Source of the DNA: Thermoproteota archaeon
Lineage (GTDB): Archaea > Thermoproteota > Thermoprotei_A > Sulfolobales > Ignisphaeraceae
Assembly (NCBI GenBank): GCA_030550585.1
Contig: JAUQPB010000003.1
Location: 100,333 to 164,332 of the forward strand
Length of the DNA stretch: 64,000 nt
Reading direction: 5' to 3'
This document shows positions 58,622-64,000 of this stretch, in pieces. The notes under the pieces are model-generated. The model was not told the origin of the DNA. It did not search any database and worked only from the letters and a program-made list of their open reading frames with translations. The position numbers and the translations under genes were made by a program. Numbering within the stretch: position 1 is the first letter of the stretch; every line of letters begins with the position of its first letter.

Positions 58622-61378
58622 CTATGACTTTACTAGATCTTTTATTATATTCTTTACAGCAGTTTCGACGTCGTTTATCGATGCTTCTGCCATTCCAGTA
58701 ACATGATCGCTTTTCCCACCTGCTCTAAGTATGATTTTTCTAGCCAGTGCTTTGGTAATTTCCCTAGCGTCAATGTGTCTGCTTGATTCTCTACCCAATG
58801 ATATTTCAACAAATGTTTTTCCATTTCTTGGTTGCAAGACTATGAGTAGTAGCCTTGGCTCTTTTTCTATAGCTTTAATGATAACGTCTTTCACAAGTTC
58901 TTCGTCTTGTATCTCGGGCTTCAGTATATACATCTTGAGATTTCCTATGGGCTCGCCACCCTTAATGATTTGCTCTATCAGCATGTTCTCATATATTGTT
59001 CTATATGATTTTAGTGTGTTTTCTAAGGTTCTAATGTATTTGACTATGCCTTCAACTCTTTTATCAAGATCTTCGATGCTCGAACCTAGTAAGGCTCCGA
59101 TTTTTCCGAGTTTGCCTTCAATTTGCTTAGCATAATCCGTTAATGCTGTTCCTGCTACAAATTCGAATCTTATTATTCCATCTGCTATTTTCTCAACATT
59201 TATTATCTTTATTGCCCCCACCTCCTTGGTGTTCTTAACATGTGTGCCAAAGCATGCTTCGGCATCCCAGCCCGGTATCTCTACAACCCTGATGATCGGT
59301 GTCATTGGAACTCCTCCTTGGTATAGGACAAAACCATAGGTTTTTTCAGCTTCATTTCTATCCATATACTTTATGTTGACATCCAAACCACTGTCGATGA
59401 GGCTGTTAGCTAGGTTTTCTATTTTCTCTATCTCCTCCTTTGAAGGCATTTTGTAGTGTGTTACATCAAGTCTAGCTTTATACTCTGTCTTCTCAGCACC
59501 TGCCTGCCATATGTGATCCCCTAGAACTTTTCTCAAGGCTCCGAGGACTATGTGAGTTGCTGTATGGTGTCTCATTCTCCTATATCTTATCCCCCAATCA
59601 ATTTCTCCTACAACTTCCACACCCTTTTCCAAGCCTTCGGCATTTTCAAGAATGTGCACAACAACATCCCCAACCTTCTTAGTATCAATAACCTTGTAAA
59701 CATTTCCGGATGTTCTTATATACCCAGAGTCCCCTAACTGGCCGCCACCCTCGGGATAGAAGGCTGAGGCATCTAATACCACATAATTCTTATAAACATC
59801 TATGACCTGGGCCTTGAACGCCTTCTGGTATGGATCCTCATGGAATATTCTCCTAGTTGGCGGTAATTTCTTGGCCCACTCAATAACATCTTTTGGAAGC
59901 TTCACATCTTCCAGTTCTCTAACAGTTTTTGGCTTGCTGTGTCGTGAGGCTACAAGAGAGTAGAAATTGGCTGGAATCTCAATTCTTGAGCCACGTTTTT
60001 TCTCTATCTCTTGCGACACAATGTCTGGTGGAATTCCATGAGAGTCGTACAGCTCTACCAGATCCTCTGTTGAAAGTGATTTCCTCAGATACTTTTCTAT
60101 TACTGTAGAAGCTTTTGATATTATTTCTTTGAACCTTTCTTCCTCTATCAGGATGATTTCAAGGATTCTATCTCTGTATTTTATCATTTGCGGGTATATA
60201 TCGCCCCAGAAGTTGAGTTGTTTTGCAACAAGCTCGGCAAGAGGTGTTTCTGACCCTAGTTTACTTAGCCTTCTCAGTGTTCTTCTAATGACCAGTCTGG
60301 CAAGATAGCCCTCACCACTATTGGAGGGTACAATACCATCTGCTAACATCAATGCTATAGTCTTTGTATGATCTAAAACAGCATAGACATCAAACACATT
60401 TCTTAGCTGATCTTGTATCTCCTTTTCACCTAAGCCAAAATCTCTTGAGATGACTCTAATTAGATTAGCCAGCTCCTCTGCTTTTGTTAGATCGAAACGC
60501 CCAGCTTTTCTAGCTAGAGAATATAGAATCTCTTTATCCGGTTCTAAAACATTTAGTGCCTTGTGAAACTCTCTAACAAGATCCCCATATACTGCATGAA
60601 AAGCCGTAGGCGTTTTTCGAGAAAACCAGGCTATCCTTTCTATGCCATATCCTGTATCCACTATCTTTAGCGGCAACTCTATATAGTTATCGCCATCAAC
60701 CTTATACATCATAAAGACTAGTGTAGCAAGCTCCAAACCTCCGACAGCAACCTCGAAGCTTGGCCCGGCGTTTCCTCCTCCCTCCCACCACGACTCTTTA
60801 AACGTTATCTCCTCTTCCGGTACCCCAAGCTCTTCTACAAAGAAGTCTTTGGCTAATTCAACTGTTTCATTGACCCAGTATACAGTTTTATCTGGATAGT
60901 TAAATGCATGATGACCTCCCATCGTAAAGTTCGTTAGATGCCTCCCTAGGGTATATCCAACAGAATCTATATCCTCTAGCCTTATACAAGGCTGTGCGAT
61001 CACAAGCGGATTAGCTGGCGGCGGCACCAAGCCTGATGTAACATGGGGTTGGAAAACCACAATACTTGCAATAGTTAGGTAGAGATCCTCTCTCCACCTT
61101 GCAACAACAGGTCTTGGTTCTATTATTTCGTGTCCTCTCCTTTTGAAAAATTCTAGAAATATATTTCTGGCTTCTCTATATCCCAAAGACCTTTTTGTTG
61201 GTATATCAAAAAACGTGTAATCAGCGCAGGGTGCATCTCCACAGTTATCCCTATCTATTACACTCCAAAAATATGTTTTACAGTAACGACATTGAGCTCT
61301 TTTGTACCCTTTATTTTTAAACATTTGAACTGCATAAAAATTCGGGTCTATTACTCTCTGCATAAGCAGCTCCATCAA
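58622..61378 (-). CDS. alaS: Alanine--tRNA ligase
   Basis: LTIASI..FQP, QPCIR, GGGNAGP, DTGYGIER, HHTATH, ACFGTH editing motif. Confidence 0.97.
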   Translation of the reverse strand: MMELLMQRVIDPNFYAVQMFKNKGYKRAQCRYCKTYFWSVIDRDNCGDAPCADYTFFDIPTKRSLGYREARNIFLEFFKRRGHEIIEPRPVVARWREDLYLTIASIVVFQPHVTSGLVPPPANPLVIAQPCIRLEDIDSVGYTLGRHLTNFTMGGHHAFNYPDKTVYWVNETVELAKDFFVEELGVPEEEITFKESWWEGGGNAGPSFEVAVGGLELATLVFMMYKVDGDNYIELPLKIVDTGYGIERIAWFSRKTPTAFHAVYGDLVREFHKALNVLEPDKEILYSLARKAGRFDLTKAEELANLIRVISRDFGLGEKEIQDQLRNVFDVYAVLDHTKTIALMLADGIVPSNSGEGYLARLVIRRTLRRLSKLGSETPLAELVAKQLNFWGDIYPQMIKYRDRILEIILIEEERFKEIISKASTVIEKYLRKSLSTEDLVELYDSHGIPPDIVSQEIEKKRGSRIEIPANFYSLVASRHSKPKTVRELEDVKLPKDVIEWAKKLPPTRRIFHEDPYQKAFKAQVIDVYKNYVVLDASAFYPEGGGQLGDSGYIRTSGNVYKVIDTKKVGDVVVHILENAEGLEKGVEVVGEIDWGIRYRRMRHHTATHIVLGALRKVLGDHIWQAGAEKTEYKARLDVTHYKMPSKEEIEKIENLANSLIDSGLDVNIKYMDRNEAEKTYGFVLYQGGVPMTPIIRVVEIPGWDAEACFGTHVKNTKEVGAIKIINVEKIADGIIRFEFVAGTALTDYAKQIEGKLGKIGALLGSSIEDLDKRVEGIVKYIRTLENTLKSYRTIYENMLIEQIIKGGEPIGNLKMYILKPEIQDEELVKDVIIKAIEKEPRLLLIVLQPRNGKTFVEISLGRESSRHIDAREITKALARKIILRAGGKSDHVTGMAEASINDVETAVKNIIKDLVKS

Positions 61379-61452
61379 ACAATTTCATAATATTAGATAT
61401 CAATAAAATACTGTTTTGGCATATCTATAGTTTTACTATAGTTACAGTAGAT

Positions 61453-61788
61453 TCAGCCGAAGAGCGCTGATAGACCCTCTGCCAACTGTTCTTCTGAAAC
61501 GCCCTCCTTCTTCTCCTCCTCTTTCTTCTCCTCAGCCTTAGGAGCTTGCTGAGCAGCTGCTTGCTGGCTTGCTACGGCTCCAGCAGGCATGGCCATGGGC
61601 GCTACAGGCATGGCGAAAGAGGATTTTAGAACATCATCTATGTTTATTTCCTTCACAGCAGCTACAAGAGCCTTTACCCTTACATCGTCTATAGCTATTC
61701 CTGCTGCTTCTAAGACCTTTTTAATGTTGTCTTCTGAAATGTCTTTTTTTGCTGCATGGAGTAGGAGTACAGCATATATATACTCCAT
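61453..61788 (-). CDS. rpl12: 50S ribosomal protein L12 (P1/P2-like stalk)
   Basis: MEYIYAVLLLH..., Ala-rich hinge, GLSALFG end; GGGGTG SD. Confidence 0.95.
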   Translation of the reverse strand: MEYIYAVLLLHAAKKDISEDNIKKVLEAAGIAIDDVRVKALVAAVKEINIDDVLKSSFAMPVAPMAMPAGAVASQQAAAQQAPKAEEKKEEEKKEGVSEEQLAEGLSALFG

Positions 61789-61868
61789 TTTATGCACCCC
61801 ATAGCTACGCTTTTGACTTATACAGAGAGCCACTCTTATAAATTTAAATAATCTTTAGATTGTATACC

Positions 61869-62873
61869 TCAAAACTGTTTTGGCATCACCTTAGCCTCTA
61901 TACCCAACTGTGTTCTAACTAATGATGCGAATTTCTCGGCATAGGCGCTTCTCGAACCATCTACTACTAGTAGTTCTGGTCTTGATTCATCAACGTAGTA
62001 GAGAATGTCATTAAAGTCTGCATGGCCACTAATCCCAACAATCCATGTATTACCAGAATTCAATTTGTAGATTGTTTTCGCAAACCTTCCCGTTAGAATT
62101 ATGTGAAAACTTACGCCATTTCTATAACTTTTTGATGATGATATATGATTTACTTCTATGAACCATCCCATCCTCTTAATTTCTTCAGCTTCTCTAGACC
62201 CCAATGGAAAGACATCTTGAATGCTATACCCATATCTCTCCAAAACTTTATGAACTTTCCAATGAGAATGTGATAAAAGGAATGGTGCATCAACACCATA
62301 TTCTCTAAGCCTTGCCATAACCTCTTGAGCCTTGCCATAGTATGCATATAGAGCTACCGATCCCTGACTCAACAGTTTTCTTATGAGATCTATAAATTTT
62401 TGCCATATAGCTTCATCCCCTTCTCTAACATATGCTGGATCCCCATAAGTCGCATCAATAACTAGGACATTGGGTTCTTTAACAATAACCGTTTTTGTTC
62501 CAGGATTCTTAAAGTCGCTTGTATAAGCAACCACAGTACTGTTCTTCTCAGCAACTATCTGTGCGGAACCTGGTATGTGGTCAGCATACAAAAGTCGTAT
62601 TTTCGTATCGTTGAAGACCAGAGTTTGATTGTATTCTAGTGCAACCTTCTTTACTTTGGGTATGGAATAGCCTAAGGCATCCAAAAGATCAATAGTTATT
62701 GGAGTCCCAATAACATGTTTACACAGTAGCACACTCTTGTTCAAGTCTATTGTATGATCGCTATGAATATGTGTTACAGCCCTTGTTATACAACCATTTG
62801 AATGACCATCAACACATATTCTGCTGAAAAAGGTGATGGCCCCATTCAGATCAATGTTAACGCTTTCTTGCAT
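61869..62873 (-). CDS. MBL-fold beta-CASP-like nuclease/hydrolase
   Basis: VTHIHSDH, DHIPGS, YTSDF, DATYG, SGHAD. Confidence 0.85.
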   Translation of the reverse strand: MQESVNIDLNGAITFFSRICVDGHSNGCITRAVTHIHSDHTIDLNKSVLLCKHVIGTPITIDLLDALGYSIPKVKKVALEYNQTLVFNDTKIRLLYADHIPGSAQIVAEKNSTVVAYTSDFKNPGTKTVIVKEPNVLVIDATYGDPAYVREGDEAIWQKFIDLIRKLLSQGSVALYAYYGKAQEVMARLREYGVDAPFLLSHSHWKVHKVLERYGYSIQDVFPLGSREAEEIKRMGWFIEVNHISSSKSYRNGVSFHIILTGRFAKTIYKLNSGNTWIVGISGHADFNDILYYVDESRPELLVVDGSRSAYAEKFASLVRTQLGIEAKVMPKQF

Positions 62874-62921
62874 TACTAGAAACCTGCTAAATCCTCTAGC
62901 GAAAATGTGGACATGAGAAAC

Positions 62922-63992
62922 CTATAAAACCTTATCGGCTTCTCCATATTCACCAGAGTTTTCATCGCCTATGTCAATGTCGTTCCAGGATACAGGGGGG
63001 TTGCCATATCTAATAATAGGCTTATCTAGCTTTGAGAGTAACACGACTCTACTAGGAATACTCTCAGAGACAACACTATATCCTATTCTATCTGCAAGCA
63101 TTGAAGCAACTGCTTTAACCTCGCTATGTGTAGGCATGTCACTGCGAGAAAGCCTTGTTATAGATGCGCCTATATGCATATAGGCTTTGACCTCCACAAA
63201 TGTTGGCTGGGCAATTGTCAGAAGCTTGGCCCATGCATTTACAGCTCTCTCGTGCATATTAAAGCTTCTGACAATAGTTATCCTAACAACTGTAGGGGAT
63301 GTAAAGCTTGGCAATAGCTCTAAAGTCTCTAGGGTTTTTCTCCAAAGAGCCTTAGATATTGGATTGTTGAAATAATTGTAGCTATCATAATCGTAAGCCT
63401 CTAGAGATATGTAGAGCTGAGTAGGCTCTTCATCTAAATTCGCTAGTACATCTGGTCTAATGCCTCTTGTCACGAGAAATGTTGTCAAACCCTTTTTATG
63501 GAACTCCCTTATCAGTTCTCCTAATCGGGGGTATAGAGTTGGTTCGCCTGTTAAGCTTATGGCTACATGCTTTGGATTGAGTGCCTCTTCAAACATTTTC
63601 TTATCGACATTAGGATACCTCCTATATCCACTTACAGTTCTTCTATGCTCTTTTATAGCCATTTCAACTAAAAACCTAGGATCATCTATTTGATCAGGGA
63701 ATTTAAACCATGTCTCATCCCATTGATCTCTCGATCTATAGCGCCAACAGTGAAGACAGTAGTTCCAGCACCATAGAACAGACGGCGAAAACTGTATACA
63801 TCTATGCGATTCTATGCCATAGAACTTAGCCTTATAACAGAACATTCTCTCTGTAAGAGCCTTGTGAACCCAGTAGCATTTTTTTACAGCGCTATGAGCT
63901 CCTATTATGTGATATTTCTGTTTCTTTAGAACTTCAAATGCTTTTATAAAAGGATTTAGCACACTAGATGAAAGGGTTCCCATTCTCATCAC
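62922..63992 (-). CDS. taw1: 4-demethylwyosine synthase Taw1/Tyw1 (radical SAM)
   Basis: HSAVKKCYW, CYK.KFYGIESHRC, CWNYCLHCWR, SLTGEP, EVKAYM. Confidence 0.95.
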   Translation of the reverse strand: MMRMGTLSSSVLNPFIKAFEVLKKQKYHIIGAHSAVKKCYWVHKALTERMFCYKAKFYGIESHRCIQFSPSVLWCWNYCLHCWRYRSRDQWDETWFKFPDQIDDPRFLVEMAIKEHRRTVSGYRRYPNVDKKMFEEALNPKHVAISLTGEPTLYPRLGELIREFHKKGLTTFLVTRGIRPDVLANLDEEPTQLYISLEAYDYDSYNYFNNPISKALWRKTLETLELLPSFTSPTVVRITIVRSFNMHERAVNAWAKLLTIAQPTFVEVKAYMHIGASITRLSRSDMPTHSEVKAVASMLADRIGYSVVSESIPSRVVLLSKLDKPIIRYGNPPVSWNDIDIGDENSGEYGEADKVL

Positions 63993-64000
63993 AAAGCCAG

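Overview
AT-rich, gene-dense core-genome window of a hyperthermophilic crenarchaeon, probably Desulfurococcales (Ignisphaera-like). The assignment is inferred from gene content: ThermoDBP-related protein, CdvB/ESCRT-III paralog, aKMT, FAU-1, V-type c subunit and box C/D sRNAs. The window carries a complete A/V-type ATP synthase operon (H-I-K-E-C-F-A-B-D), alaS, rpl12, taw1, nep1, an Lhr helicase, HMG-CoA synthase, a probable GDGT ring synthase, a ROK glucokinase, apgM, ferritin, a GH31 xylosidase and two near-identical tRNA-Leu genes. Reading the DNA directly revealed three dual-guide box C/D sRNAs absent from the ORF track. The most novel element is a small uncharacterised module at 57.2-58.6 kb. 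It combines a pseudo-symmetric H-x6-H-x2-E four-helix-bundle protein, a coupled small Cys-tailed protein, a perfect 14-bp inverted-repeat operator and a divergent winged-helix gene. An ATP-grasp/HAD fusion paired head-to-head with a polysaccharide deacetylase is also notable. No CRISPR array, integrase or transposase was seen. All family calls come from motif recognition by eye, not database searches.
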